Origin: Paraburkholderia sp. | Lineage (GTDB): Bacteria > Pseudomonadota > Gammaproteobacteria > Burkholderiales > Burkholderiaceae | NCBI GenBank assembly: GCA_035492135.1 | Contig: DATJJN010000015.1 | Coordinates: forward strand, 8,263 to 40,262 | DNA length: 32,000 nucleotides | Direction of reading: 5' to 3' | Shown here: piece by piece, positions 1-8,446 of the stretch | Position numbering within the stretch: the stretch's first letter is position 1 | Layout: each line of letters begins with the position of its first letter | The notes under the pieces: generated by a model | Seen by the model: the letters and a program-made list of their open reading frames with translations, nothing else | What the model was told of the DNA's origin: nothing | Database searches by the model: none | Translations under genes and position numbers: made by a program

Positions 1-1231
1 GGCCCGTCACGCTGCCCACGTCGTCCGTCAGCGCGCCGATCCGGACCGCCACCGTCGACGTGTCCAGCTTTACCGTCAGCGCATCGCTCATCGCGCTGCG
101 GTTGCCCGCGACGTCCGTCACCTGCGTGGTCAGCACATGCGTGCCGTCCGCCAGCGCCGTCGACGGCGTGTAGCTCCAGTTGCCCGATGCGTCCGCCGTT
201 GCGGTGCCGATCACCGTCGTCGAACCAATCAGCGTGCCGTTGGCGTACACGTTGATGGTCGCGCCCGGCTCGCCGGTTCCGTTGAACGTCGGGCTCGAGT
301 CGTTCGTCGGCTGACCGCTCGTCAGTTGACCCAGTCCCGGCTCGACGTCGTCCACTACCGAACTGATCTGCGGCGCATCCGGCGCCACCGTGTCGATGAT
401 GATCGCGATCGAGGTCGCTTCGCTTTCCAGCGTGTCGGGCCCCACCTGCGTGATGGACAGGTTATGGACGCCGTCCGCCAGTTCCGGGGGCGTGAATCGC
501 CAGACCCCTTCGGCGTCGACTGTTGTCGTGCCGAGCACCGTATTGCCGTCGTAGATCGTGACCGTATGGCCCGCCACGCCGCGACCGATGAACTCGGGCG
601 TCGGATCGTCCGTCGAGTCGCCCGACTTAAGGGAGCGCTGCGTCGAGCCGACGTTGTCGATCACCTCGATTTCCGAAACCCGTTCGGCGACAAGCTTGAC
701 CGCCGCCGGCTGTGGCGGGTTGTCGTCACCGCCGCTCAGCGCGGCCGCGATGCCACCGATCGCTGCAGCCGCTCCCCCGAGCAGAAAAAGCGGCAACGCG
801 GCAAAGCCGTTGTCGTCGTGTGCATTCTCGAGGTAAGGCGCGCCGGAACCTAGCGGACTACCGCCGAGCGCCGCAGCCACCGTACCGCCGTCGGAAAGCG
901 CGTAGATGCTGCCCGTCGCGTTCGTCGGGGTGTACTCGTAAAGCTGGCCGTCTTCGGCGACGCCGTAGAGTCCCGTTTCATCGGGATGCGTGAAGTACCC
1001 TTCGAGCACCAGCGACGGACTCGAATCACCTTCTGCGATGACCTCCAGATCGTCTCCCACCCGACTCACCGTCACGTTCTCTGGCGCCACGGTGCCGTTT
1101 TCATCGACGAGCAAGTATTTCGCGCCCGGTTGCACCTTGACCTTCACAGGCGACCGGCCATCAGTGGCGAGGGATGTGGTGGTATTCACACCGTTATCAC
1201 TCGTCACGAGAGTTATTTTTTTCGCAGACAT
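1..1231 (-). CDS. Giant BapA/Bap-type repetitive adhesin, N-terminal part only (the gene continues past the left edge; not in the supplied ORF track because no stop lies in the window)
   Basis: My own reverse-complement translation from the ATG at 1231 reads MSAKKITLVTSDNGVNTTTSLATDGRSPVKVKVQPGAKYLLVDENGTVAPENVTVSRVGDDLEVIAEGDSSPSLVLEGYFTHPDETGLYG..., a BapA-prefix-like module. It is followed by a Gly/Ala-rich hydrophobic stretch FAALPLFLLGGAAAAIGGIAAAL. Then come at least two Ig-like modules (..DDPTPEFIGRGVAGHTVTIYDGNTVLGTTTVDAEGVWRFTPPELADGVHNLSITQ.. and ..NDSSPTFNGTGEPGATINVYANGTLIGSTTV..) separated by a DTVAPDAP linker. I verified the frame as open from 1231 down to about 240 and it appears open to base 2, with G/C-rich third positions. 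Confidence 0.85.
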   Translation of the reverse strand, partial: MSAKKITLVTSDNGVNTTTSLATDGRSPVKVKVQPGAKYLLVDENGTVAPENVTVSRVGDDLEVIAEGDSSPSLVLEGYFTHPDETGLYGVAEDGQLYEYTPTNATGSIYALSDGGTVAAALGGSPLGSGAPYLENAHDDNGFAALPLFLLGGAAAAIGGIAAALSGGDDNPPQPAAVKLVAERVSEIEVIDNVGSTQRSLKSGDSTDDPTPEFIGRGVAGHTVTIYDGNTVLGTTTVDAEGVWRFTPPELADGVHNLSITQVGPDTLESEATSIAIIIDTVAPDAPQISSVVDDVEPGLGQLTSGQPTNDSSPTFNGTGEPGATINVYANGTLIGSTTVIGTATADASGNWSYTPSTALADGTHVLTTQVTDVAGNRSAMSDALTVKLDTSTVAVRIGALTDDVGSVTG

Positions 1232-1526
1232 GGAGATCCCTTCACTATATTTAAAATACAAATCCGACTTTGAGATTATTCTCGATAAATGCAGACGATT
1301 CTTAAGTCGGATCGATAATCCGCTTTAGAATCAGACACCTTTCGAACGATTTAGATAACTCTCAAAATCCAGAATGGATAGCGCCGCTAATTTTCCATTC
1401 AAAAACCGCCATCTCGATTTAAATGCAGGCGAATATTCACCCTTCTGATTTAAATCACGTCGGATTCCATGCCTTGTATGATTGTGACAACAGGTCAAAC
1501 GGATGAGATAAACCGCGCGAACAGAC
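1232..1526 (-). promoter_or_regulatory. AT-rich upstream/leader region of the adhesin gene (promoter not mapped)
   Basis: Hand count gives 112 G+C in the 290 nt from 1241 to 1530 (about 39%), against much higher G+C on both sides. It contains the inverted repeat ATCCGACTT (1262-1270) / AAGTCGGAT (1304-1312), a third GTCGGAT at 1459-1465, and GATTTAAAT at 1416-1424 and 1447-1455. Confidence 0.5.
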
Positions 1527-1561
1527 AAAAAAAAGCGGCCCGCGTTGAGAACGCGGGCCGC
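1527..1561 (-). terminator. Rho-independent terminator of the DAHP synthase gene
   Basis: Perfect 10-bp GC-rich stem GCGGCCCGCG (1535-1544) / CGCGGGCCGC (1552-1561) with a 7-nt loop. An A8 run at 1527-1534 gives a U-tract on the minus strand just after the hairpin, 53 nt downstream of the stop at 1614. Confidence 0.8.
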
Positions 1562-1613
1562 TGCACTTGACCAACCAGATTTCAGAAACGCGGGCGCTCA
1601 AGCCCGCCGCGCA

Positions 1614-2732
1614 TTACCCCATTCGCCGCGCGCGCACAGCAGCCGCGAGTTCTTCGAGAACCGGCTCGGTCTGCGTCCAGCCGATGCACGCGTCGGTGAT
1701 CGACACGCCACGCTTGAGCGGCACCCCCGGCTTCAGGTCCTGACGCCCTTCGTCCAGATGGCTCTCGATCATCACGCCGATGATCCGGCGATCGCCGGCC
1801 GCCAGTTGCAACGCGATGTCGTGCCCGACGTCGATCTGCCGCTGATGCTGCTTGCTCGAGTTCGCATGCGAGCAGTCGATCATCACCTGCTGCGGCAATT
1901 CCGCCTTCGCGAGCACCGCGCAGCACGCGTCGACGGACGCGCGGTCGTAATTCGGTCCCGCTTTGCCGCCGCGCAGGATCACGTGGGCATCGTCGTTGCC
2001 GCGGGTCTCGAAGATGGCCGCCATCCCCATCTTCGTCATGCCCATGAATGCGTGGCTCGCGCGCGCGGCGACGATCGCGTCCGCCGCGACCTGCACGCCG
2101 CCATCGGTGCCGTTCTTGAACCCGATCGGGCAGCTGAGGCCCGATGCGAGCTGACGGTGACTCTGACTCTCCGTCGTGCGCGCACCGATCGCGCCCCATG
2201 CGACGAGATCCGCAATGTACTGCGGGCTCAGCAGGTCGAGAAATTCAGTGGCGGTCGGCAGGCCGAGTGCGTTGATGTCGAGCAGCAGTTGCCGCGCGGC
2301 ACGCAGGCCCTCGTTGATGCGGAAGCTGCCGTCGAGCCGCGGGTCGTTGATGTAGCCCTTCCAGCCAACGGTCGTGCGCGGCTTTTCGAAGTACACGCGC
2401 ATGACGATCAAGAGGTCGTCCTTCAGCGCGTCGGCCGTGCGTCTCAGGCGCCCTGCGTATTCGATCGCCTCGTCGTGATCGTGAATCGAACACGGGCCGA
2501 CGACGACCACGAGGCGGTCATCGCGCCCTTTCAGCACGTCGGCGATCTGCGCGCGGCTCGTCTCGACGAGCGCCTGCGTGGCCGCCGGCACCGGCAGCTC
2601 GTCGAGCAGCAGCGCCGGCGAGATCAGCGGCCGCACCGCGCCGATGCGGGTGTCGTCGATGCGGGTGGTGTCCTGGGTGGCGTCGGCGCTGCCGACTTCC
2701 TGATCGTGCTGGGGATTGTCGATACGGCTCAA
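1614..2732 (-). CDS. 3-deoxy-7-phosphoheptulonate (DAHP) synthase, class I (AroF/AroG/AroH type; feedback specificity not assignable)
   Basis: The product aligns along its full length by eye to E. coli AroG/AroF, with motifs GPCSIHD, VMRVYFEKPRTTVGWKG, AIGARTTESQ, GFKNGTDG, ILRGG, CSHANS and SITDACIGW. I prefer the TTG at 2732, preceded by AGGAGA plus 5 nt, over the track start at 2831. The extra 33 residues have no counterpart in AroG. Confidence 0.95.
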   Translation of the reverse strand: MSRIDNPQHDQEVGSADATQDTTRIDDTRIGAVRPLISPALLLDELPVPAATQALVETSRAQIADVLKGRDDRLVVVVGPCSIHDHDEAIEYAGRLRRTADALKDDLLIVMRVYFEKPRTTVGWKGYINDPRLDGSFRINEGLRAARQLLLDINALGLPTATEFLDLLSPQYIADLVAWGAIGARTTESQSHRQLASGLSCPIGFKNGTDGGVQVAADAIVAARASHAFMGMTKMGMAAIFETRGNDDAHVILRGGKAGPNYDRASVDACCAVLAKAELPQQVMIDCSHANSSKQHQRQIDVGHDIALQLAAGDRRIIGVMIESHLDEGRQDLKPGVPLKRGVSITDACIGWTQTEPVLEELAAAVRARRMG

Positions 2733-2858
2733 GGGATTCTCCTGCTTCGCGTCCGGTGCAATAAACACGTGATTATCGCATCCGGCGCGGAGCATCGCCT
2801 GCGCCGACGATACAGCGGAAGGTCGGCGCAAAGCGAGGCGGCAGGGCCTGAAAGCGGC

Positions 2859-3872
2859 TCAGCCCGCCGCGTCGCCAGGCGACGCGATCGGCCGCGTACC
2901 CCGCAGCCGTTCCGCGATACGCACGAACGCATACCACTGCTGTGCGATCACGCCGTCGCCGTAGTCGAGCCCCCGCCCGTGCGGGGCCGGCAACTGGTCG
3001 CGGATGCCGGTCGGCTCCGGCGCGGGATTCCACGACGCGCTATGAAACATCATGTCCCACCACGGAAACAGCACGCCGAAATTACACCCGTAGCGCGTGC
3101 CTTCGTGGCCGTAACCGATCGCATGGTGCCGGCGATGGAACGTCGGGCTCACGAAGATCCGCTCGAGCACGGGCCCGAACGGCAGCCTCGCGTTCACGTG
3201 CTGCACGGACTGCAGGAAGTTGCTGACCGCAATCAGCACGACGAACTGCGCGGGCGGCACGCCGATAAACAGCGAAATCGCCGCGAAGAACGCCGCCTGG
3301 ATCACGACGTCGACGAAATGGTTGCGGTCGTCGCACCACAGCGACATCTGCTGCTGGCTGTGATGAACCGCGTGCAGTTCCCACCAGACGCCGAAGCGGT
3401 GCTGCCAGCGGTGATACCAGTAGCCGGCGAAGTCGAGCACGACGAGGTAGATCAGGAACGTCACGACGGGCCGGTCGGTGACGCCCGGCCACAGCGCATC
3501 CACTTCGATCTGCGGGACGTTGTGGATCGCCATCAGGCTTTGCCAGTGGTTGAACACCGGTTGCAGCACGAAGAAGAACCCGAGGTTAATAACGCCGAGC
3601 TTCGCAATCCACGTGTAGACGACATCCGCGCGCAGCACGCGGCGATCGCGCCACGACTCGGCCGGACGCAGCGCCTCCAGCGGACGCAGCACCGCATACA
3701 TCGCCACGATCTGCAGCACGCCGACGATCACCCAGTAGAGCGCGTCGTACGTGTCCTCGTCGTAGCCCATCAGCCCGAAGCGATAGAACAGCGGCTGAAC
3801 CACGTCGATATACAGCAGCGTCTGCAGCGCAGACACGCCATTGTCGAGTTGGGAAATCAGCGTATCGATCAT
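2859..3872 (-). CDS. Fatty acid hydroxylase / sterol desaturase family membrane protein
   Basis: Multiple hydrophobic helices plus the three His boxes of the family: HRWQH, HAVHH and HRRHH. A GAGG Shine-Dalgarno sequence lies upstream of the ATG at 3872. Confidence 0.85.
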   Translation of the reverse strand: MIDTLISQLDNGVSALQTLLYIDVVQPLFYRFGLMGYDEDTYDALYWVIVGVLQIVAMYAVLRPLEALRPAESWRDRRVLRADVVYTWIAKLGVINLGFFFVLQPVFNHWQSLMAIHNVPQIEVDALWPGVTDRPVVTFLIYLVVLDFAGYWYHRWQHRFGVWWELHAVHHSQQQMSLWCDDRNHFVDVVIQAAFFAAISLFIGVPPAQFVVLIAVSNFLQSVQHVNARLPFGPVLERIFVSPTFHRRHHAIGYGHEGTRYGCNFGVLFPWWDMMFHSASWNPAPEPTGIRDQLPAPHGRGLDYGDGVIAQQWYAFVRIAERLRGTRPIASPGDAAG

Positions 3873-3926
3873 CGGCGGGTTACCTCGTTGCGAACAGCAT
3901 TGGCTTTAGCAAGCATACACGTAGAC

Positions 3927-4952
3927 TCAGTCCGGATTCGGCGCATACACCGGCGCACGGTTCGCGAAGAAGATGCCGTGCGGCGAGCGCCCGACCGCGA
4001 TCGTGTCGATCAGCTTACGGGTCGTCAGGTCGATGATGCCGATGTGCTTCGCGAAGCGGAACGTCACCCACAGATAGCGTTTGTCCGCCGAAAGTTCCAT
4101 GTCGTCCGGGCCGGGACGCAGGCCGGTGATGTCGGCGGTCTTCGTCAGCGTCGTGTAGTCGATGAGGCTGATCGTGCTGTCGACCCGGTTGCTCACCGCC
4201 ACATGCCGCCCATCGTCGAGATTGCGGAAGTTGTGCGCGCCGCGCCCGGTCTGGATTTTCTTCACGAGCCGGCGTGCGTGCCAGTCGACCACGGCGACGT
4301 CGTCCTCGCCGGTCATGCCGACGAGCAGATACTTGTCGCCCGGCGTCATCCACAAGCCGGCGGGCGTGCTGCCGATCTGCAGCTTCCACAGCACCGTCTG
4401 CGTCGGCAGGTCGATCGCGGCGACTTCGCCGGTGTCCTGCAGCGTGACGAACACGGTGCGGTTGTCCGACGCGAACGTGATGTGGCTCGGCGTCTTCGCA
4501 AGCGGGATCCGCTTCGCCAGGGTCAGATCGTGGCCGTCGTAGTGGTAGATGTCCACCCGGTCGAGCCGCAGCCCCGCCGTCACGAACCACTTGTGATCCG
4601 GTGAGAAACCGAGCTGGTACGGGTCCTCGATGTCTTCGAGACGGCGCTGCACCTTGCCGGTGTGCGGATCGACGAACATCAGGTCGTTCGACACCGAATC
4701 GGCCACGATCAGCGACTGGCCGTCCGGCGTGATCATCAGGTGGTGAGGCTCCTTGCCGGTGGGCTCGGTCGCGACGACCTGACGGGTGGCCGGATCGATC
4801 AGCGTCAGTTGCGCTTCGCCGGAATCGAGCACGATCACCTTGTCGTCGGCGTGGGCGAGCGCGCTGCACGCGAGTCCGCCGGCCAGCAGGGCGGCCGCGA
4901 CACGGGCTCGGGCGGAGGATGGGGTCAAGCGGATAAACGGGAAGTCAGGCAT
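3927..4952 (-). CDS. Secreted YVTN/YncE-type seven-bladed beta-propeller repeat protein
   Basis: Signal peptide MPDFPFIRLTPSSARARVAAALLAGGLACSALAHA, then about 40-residue repeats (e.g. PHHLMITPDGQSLIVADSVSNDLMFVD, PSHITFASDNRTVFVTLQDTGEVAAID, PAGLWMTPGDKYLLVGMTGEDDVAVVD). The start is taken at the ATG at 4952. The track start at 5180 adds 76 non-signal residues and would collide with the mntH promoter region. Confidence 0.85.
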   Translation of the reverse strand: MPDFPFIRLTPSSARARVAAALLAGGLACSALAHADDKVIVLDSGEAQLTLIDPATRQVVATEPTGKEPHHLMITPDGQSLIVADSVSNDLMFVDPHTGKVQRRLEDIEDPYQLGFSPDHKWFVTAGLRLDRVDIYHYDGHDLTLAKRIPLAKTPSHITFASDNRTVFVTLQDTGEVAAIDLPTQTVLWKLQIGSTPAGLWMTPGDKYLLVGMTGEDDVAVVDWHARRLVKKIQTGRGAHNFRNLDDGRHVAVSNRVDSTISLIDYTTLTKTADITGLRPGPDDMELSADKRYLWVTFRFAKHIGIIDLTTRKLIDTIAVGRSPHGIFFANRAPVYAPNPD

Positions 4953-5182
4953 GTCGTAAGCGAAGAAAAGGCGGTCAGGCGCGGCGCCCCGGTTTGTGCT
5001 GTGATAGCGACAACCCAGCAACCAGGCGAGCGCCGCGAGGCGGCATGCCCCGCTTAACGCGTGAGCGCGCGATTTCGATGACGTGCGGCACGCATTTAAG
5101 CGCGTTTTGCGCGCATCGACGCAAGCCCCGTGGCGCGCAAGTTGCGACGGTCGCGTTCCGTCCCCATCCCGACGAGACATTC

Positions 5183-6499
5183 ATGGACCATCGGACCCGC
5201 GAACAAGACGTCGACACCGGCCTCACCGCCCGCACCAACACGGCGATCCGCGAAGCGCTCGAAGGCCGCCGGCGCGGCGCCGCGCTGCTGCTGCCGTTCG
5301 CGGGTCCGGCCGTCGTCGTGTCGGTTGCGTACATGGACCCGGGCAACTTCGCGACCAATATTCAGGCGGGCGCCCGCTACGGCTACGCGCTGCTGTGGGT
5401 CGTGCTGCTCGCGAACGCGGTCGCGATGCTGTTCCAGAGCCTGTCCGCGAAGCTCGGCATCGTCACCGGACGCAATCTCGCCGAAGTCTGCCGCGACCGG
5501 CTGCCGACGACGCTCGTCTGGGTGATGTGGGTCGTGAGCGAAATCGCCGCGATGGCAACCGATCTTGCGGAATTCCTCGGCGGCGCAATCGGCCTGTCGC
5601 TGCTGTTTCACATGCCGCTCCTCGCGGGCATGGCCGTCACCGCGGCCGTCACGTACGGGCTGTTGATGTTCGAGCGCGCGGGCTTCCGGCCGCTCGAACT
5701 CGCGATCGGCGCGCTCGTCGGGATCATCGGGCTGTGCTATCTCGTCGAGATGTTCATCGCGCCGATTCACTGGCCCGACGTGTTCCGCCACGTCGTGACG
5801 CCGGCGCTGCCGGACCCGCAGGCGGTGACGATCGCGGTCGGGATCATCGGCGCGACGGTGATGCCGCACGCGCTCTTCCTGCACTCTGGGCTCACGCAGG
5901 CGCGCGGATCGGCGAACAGCCACGACGAGCGCACGAAGCTGCTGCGCTTTTCGAACGTCGAGGTCGTGATCGCGCTGACGATCGCGGGCCTCGTCAACAT
6001 GGCGATGGTGATCATGGCCGCCGCCGCGTTCCACAGCGGCAACCCGGATGTCGCCGAGATCGCCACCGCATACCGCACGCTCGTCCCGCTGCTCGGCGCG
6101 GCGGCGGCCGGCGTGTTTCTGCTGTCGCTGATCGCGTCGGGCGTATCGAGTTCGGTCGTCGGGACGATGGCCGGGCAGCTGATCATGCAGGGCTTCGTCG
6201 GCTTCCAGATTCCGCTGTGGCTGCGCCGCGCGATCACGATGGTGCCGAGCTTCGTCGTCGTGGGCCTCGGCACCGACACGACCCGGGCGCTGATCATGAG
6301 CCAGGTCGTGCTGAGCCTCGCGCTGCCGTTTCCGATGGCCGCGCTCGTCTGGTTCACTAGCCGCCGCGATCTGATGGGGCCGCACCGCAACCGGCCGGTC
6401 ACCGCCGTGCTCGCGACGACCGGGGCGATCGTCGTGTTCGCGCTGAACGTCGTGCTGGTGTTGCAGGAACTGGGCGTGGCAATGCCCGGTCTCGTCTGA
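5183..6499 (+). CDS. mntH: Nramp-family divalent metal (Mn2+/Fe2+):proton symporter
   Basis: Contains the Nramp signature AYMDPGNFATNIQAGA and about 11 hydrophobic segments over a length of 438 aa. The start is taken at the ATG at 5183 (MDHRTREQD...). The track ORF from 4994 is an in-frame upstream extension. Confidence 0.92.
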   Translation: MDHRTREQDVDTGLTARTNTAIREALEGRRRGAALLLPFAGPAVVVSVAYMDPGNFATNIQAGARYGYALLWVVLLANAVAMLFQSLSAKLGIVTGRNLAEVCRDRLPTTLVWVMWVVSEIAAMATDLAEFLGGAIGLSLLFHMPLLAGMAVTAAVTYGLLMFERAGFRPLELAIGALVGIIGLCYLVEMFIAPIHWPDVFRHVVTPALPDPQAVTIAVGIIGATVMPHALFLHSGLTQARGSANSHDERTKLLRFSNVEVVIALTIAGLVNMAMVIMAAAAFHSGNPDVAEIATAYRTLVPLLGAAAAGVFLLSLIASGVSSSVVGTMAGQLIMQGFVGFQIPLWLRRAITMVPSFVVVGLGTDTTRALIMSQVVLSLALPFPMAALVWFTSRRDLMGPHRNRPVTAVLATTGAIVVFALNVVLVLQELGVAMPGLV

Positions 6500-6652
6500 C
6501 GATCGTCCGCGCGCAGTCGCCGGCAGCCGTTTCGTCGGCTCGATTCTGTCTGCCAGACGCGTGCAAAGAGTCGAGAAACCATGCACCATTAGAATCTTTT
6601 CCGCACATCTTGTGCTTTCCCGTCGCGCTCCACGAACTCTTCTCGACCAGCC

Positions 6653-8131
6653 ATGACGAATCAGCCCGCTCAAGCCGCTTCCGACCAGCCGCCCCTCGAC
6701 ATGATCATCTTCGGCGGTGCCGGCGATCTGGCCACCCGCAAACTGCTGCCGGCGCTGTATATGGCGCATCTGCACCGGAATCTGCCGCCTGACTCGCGGA
6801 TTCTCGGCGTCGGCCGCCGCGACTGGAGCCTCGACGAGTACCGCCAGTTCGTCGACGAGCAGTCGCGCCCCTTCATCGAGAACAAGGCTTTCGACAAGGA
6901 CGCGTGGGCCCGCTTTCTCGATCTGTTCGTGTACGTGCGAATCGACGTGAACGCCGCCGACGACTACAAACGGCTCGCCGAGACCGCCCGTCCGCATGCG
7001 GTGCGCGTGTTCTACCTGTCGACGTCGCCGGACCTGTTCACGGCGATCTGCGACAACCTCGCCGCCGCCGACCTCGTCGCGAGCGATTCGCGCGTCGTGC
7101 TGGAAAAGCCGCTCGGCCACGATCTCGCGTCCGCGCGGGAAATCAACGAGTCGGTCGGACGGCACTTCGCGGAATCGCAGATCTACCGGATCGACCACTA
7201 TCTGGGCAAGGAAACGGTGCAGAACCTGATGGTGCTGCGCTTCGGCAACCCGATCTTCGGGCCGCTGTGGCAGGCGCCGTACATCCGCAGCGTGCAGATC
7301 ACCGTCGCGGAAACAGTTGGCGTCGGCAGCCGCGCGGGCTTCTACGACCACACGGGGGCGCTGCGCGACATGGTGCAGAACCACCTGCTGCAGCTGCTGT
7401 GCATCGTCGCGATGGAGCCGCCTGTGTCGCTCGATCCGGACGCTGTGCGCGACGAAAAGCTGAAGGTGCTGCGCTCGCTGCGTCCGATGACGCTCGCCGA
7501 CATCGCCCGCGACACGGTGCGGGGCCAGTACGCGGCCGGCGCGGTCGACGGCGGCCCGGTGAAGGGCTACCTGGAAGAAGACAACGTGCCGGCGGACAGC
7601 CGCGCAGAGACGTTCGTCGCGTTGCGCGCGCTGATCAACAACTGGCGCTGGGCGAACGTGCCGTTCTTCCTGCGCACCGGCAAGCGGCTGCAGAAGCGCC
7701 AGTCGGAAATCGTGATCGAGTTCGCGGACCTGCCGTTCTCGATCATTCCGAGCGGCCCGCGCAACTACGGCAACCGGCTCGTGATCCAGCTGCAGCCGGA
7801 AGAGTCGATCCAGCTGCAGATGCTCGCGAAGGAACCCGGCAGCGGCATGAACATGGTGCCGGTCAGCCTGAACCTCGATCTGCAGCAGCAGATTCCGGAG
7901 CGCCGCGCGGAAGCGTACGAGCGTCTGTTGATCGACGTGATTCGCGGACGGCTCACGCACTTCATGCGTCGCGACGAACTGGAAGCGGCCTGGACCTGGG
8001 TCGAACCGATCCTCGAAGGCTGGCAGCAGCTGGGTGACCGGCCGCGGATCTACACGGCGGGAACCTACGGGCCGGCGGCGTCGTCGGCGCTGCTCGCGCG
8101 CGAAGGGATGGCCTGGGCGGAAGAAGCCTGA
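6653..8131 (+). CDS. zwf: Glucose-6-phosphate 1-dehydrogenase
   Basis: N-terminal dinucleotide fold IIFGGAGDLATRKLLPALY, the active-site motif RIDHYLGKE, and a typical length of 492 aa. Confidence 0.97.
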   Translation: MTNQPAQAASDQPPLDMIIFGGAGDLATRKLLPALYMAHLHRNLPPDSRILGVGRRDWSLDEYRQFVDEQSRPFIENKAFDKDAWARFLDLFVYVRIDVNAADDYKRLAETARPHAVRVFYLSTSPDLFTAICDNLAAADLVASDSRVVLEKPLGHDLASAREINESVGRHFAESQIYRIDHYLGKETVQNLMVLRFGNPIFGPLWQAPYIRSVQITVAETVGVGSRAGFYDHTGALRDMVQNHLLQLLCIVAMEPPVSLDPDAVRDEKLKVLRSLRPMTLADIARDTVRGQYAAGAVDGGPVKGYLEEDNVPADSRAETFVALRALINNWRWANVPFFLRTGKRLQKRQSEIVIEFADLPFSIIPSGPRNYGNRLVIQLQPEESIQLQMLAKEPGSGMNMVPVSLNLDLQQQIPERRAEAYERLLIDVIRGRLTHFMRRDELEAAWTWVEPILEGWQQLGDRPRIYTAGTYGPAASSALLAREGMAWAEEA

Positions 8132-8158
8132 GTGGCGAAGCGGTAGCGGCGTCGCGCG

Positions 8159-8293
8159 TTACGGCTTCGCGAGATCGAAGCCGGCGAGCGCGACGACGCC
8201 GCTCAGTGCGATCATCGGCACCGAATGCCGCCCGAGATAAAGAATGAGCGCCGCCGCCCACAACGCGGCCACGAAAGCGCCGATGCGCCGCAT
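8159..8293 (-). CDS. Possible 44-aa small membrane protein (hypothetical)
   Basis: MRRIGAFVAALWAAALILYLGRHSVPMIALSGVVALAGFDLAKP has two hydrophobic stretches. A GGGGAG Shine-Dalgarno sequence lies 7 nt before the ATG at 8293, and codon third positions are G/C-rich. It is very short, so coding status is uncertain. Confidence 0.45.
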   Translation of the reverse strand: MRRIGAFVAALWAAALILYLGRHSVPMIALSGVVALAGFDLAKP

Positions 8294-8446
8294 GACAAGA
8301 CTCCCCTGCTGGTGAAAAACCCCCGGTCGCAAGCGCGTCAGGCGCGGCGAACGAGGCAAACCTCCATTTTATCGACAAACGGTCTGGCGCCTGCGCGGTG
8401 CCCGGCTGCAGTCGATGTAAGCCGCCGTTACGAAAGTCCACCGATG

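Noticed and set aside
1331-1528. 65-aa minus-strand ORF inside the AT-rich region upstream of the adhesin
   Set aside because: Its low G+C and codon usage are unlike every confident gene here. It has no Shine-Dalgarno sequence and no recognisable features, and its start at 1528 overlaps the terminator U-tract at 1527-1534. I treat it as non-coding regulatory DNA, although a small protein cannot be formally excluded.
1545-4604. 1019-aa plus-strand ORF, the longest in the track
   Set aside because: It lies antisense to three well-supported minus-strand genes (DAHP synthase, hydroxylase, beta-propeller). The translation is Arg/Ala/His/Asp-rich low-complexity sequence with no recognisable motif. 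Long stop-free antisense frames are expected at this G+C content.
4953-5182. Search for an MntR or Fur/Mur operator, or a Mn riboswitch, upstream of mntH
   Set aside because: I found only loose similarities: a GATAGC half-site near 5003-5008, and two similar segments, TTAACGCGTGAGCGCGCGA and TTAAGCGCGTTTTGCGCGCA. No convincing palindrome matches known MntR or Fur consensus sequences, and nothing resembles the yybP-ykoY fold. This is not supportable by eye.
6548-6558. 11-bp palindrome GTCTG-C-CAGAC upstream of zwf, considered as a HexR-type site
   Set aside because: It is short, does not match the HexR TGT-rich consensus as I remember it, and palindromes of this size are expected by chance in 32 kb.
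5096-7960. 954-aa minus-strand ORF
   Set aside because: It is antisense to mntH and zwf, both of which have unmistakable family signatures. Its composition is typical of a high-GC shadow frame.
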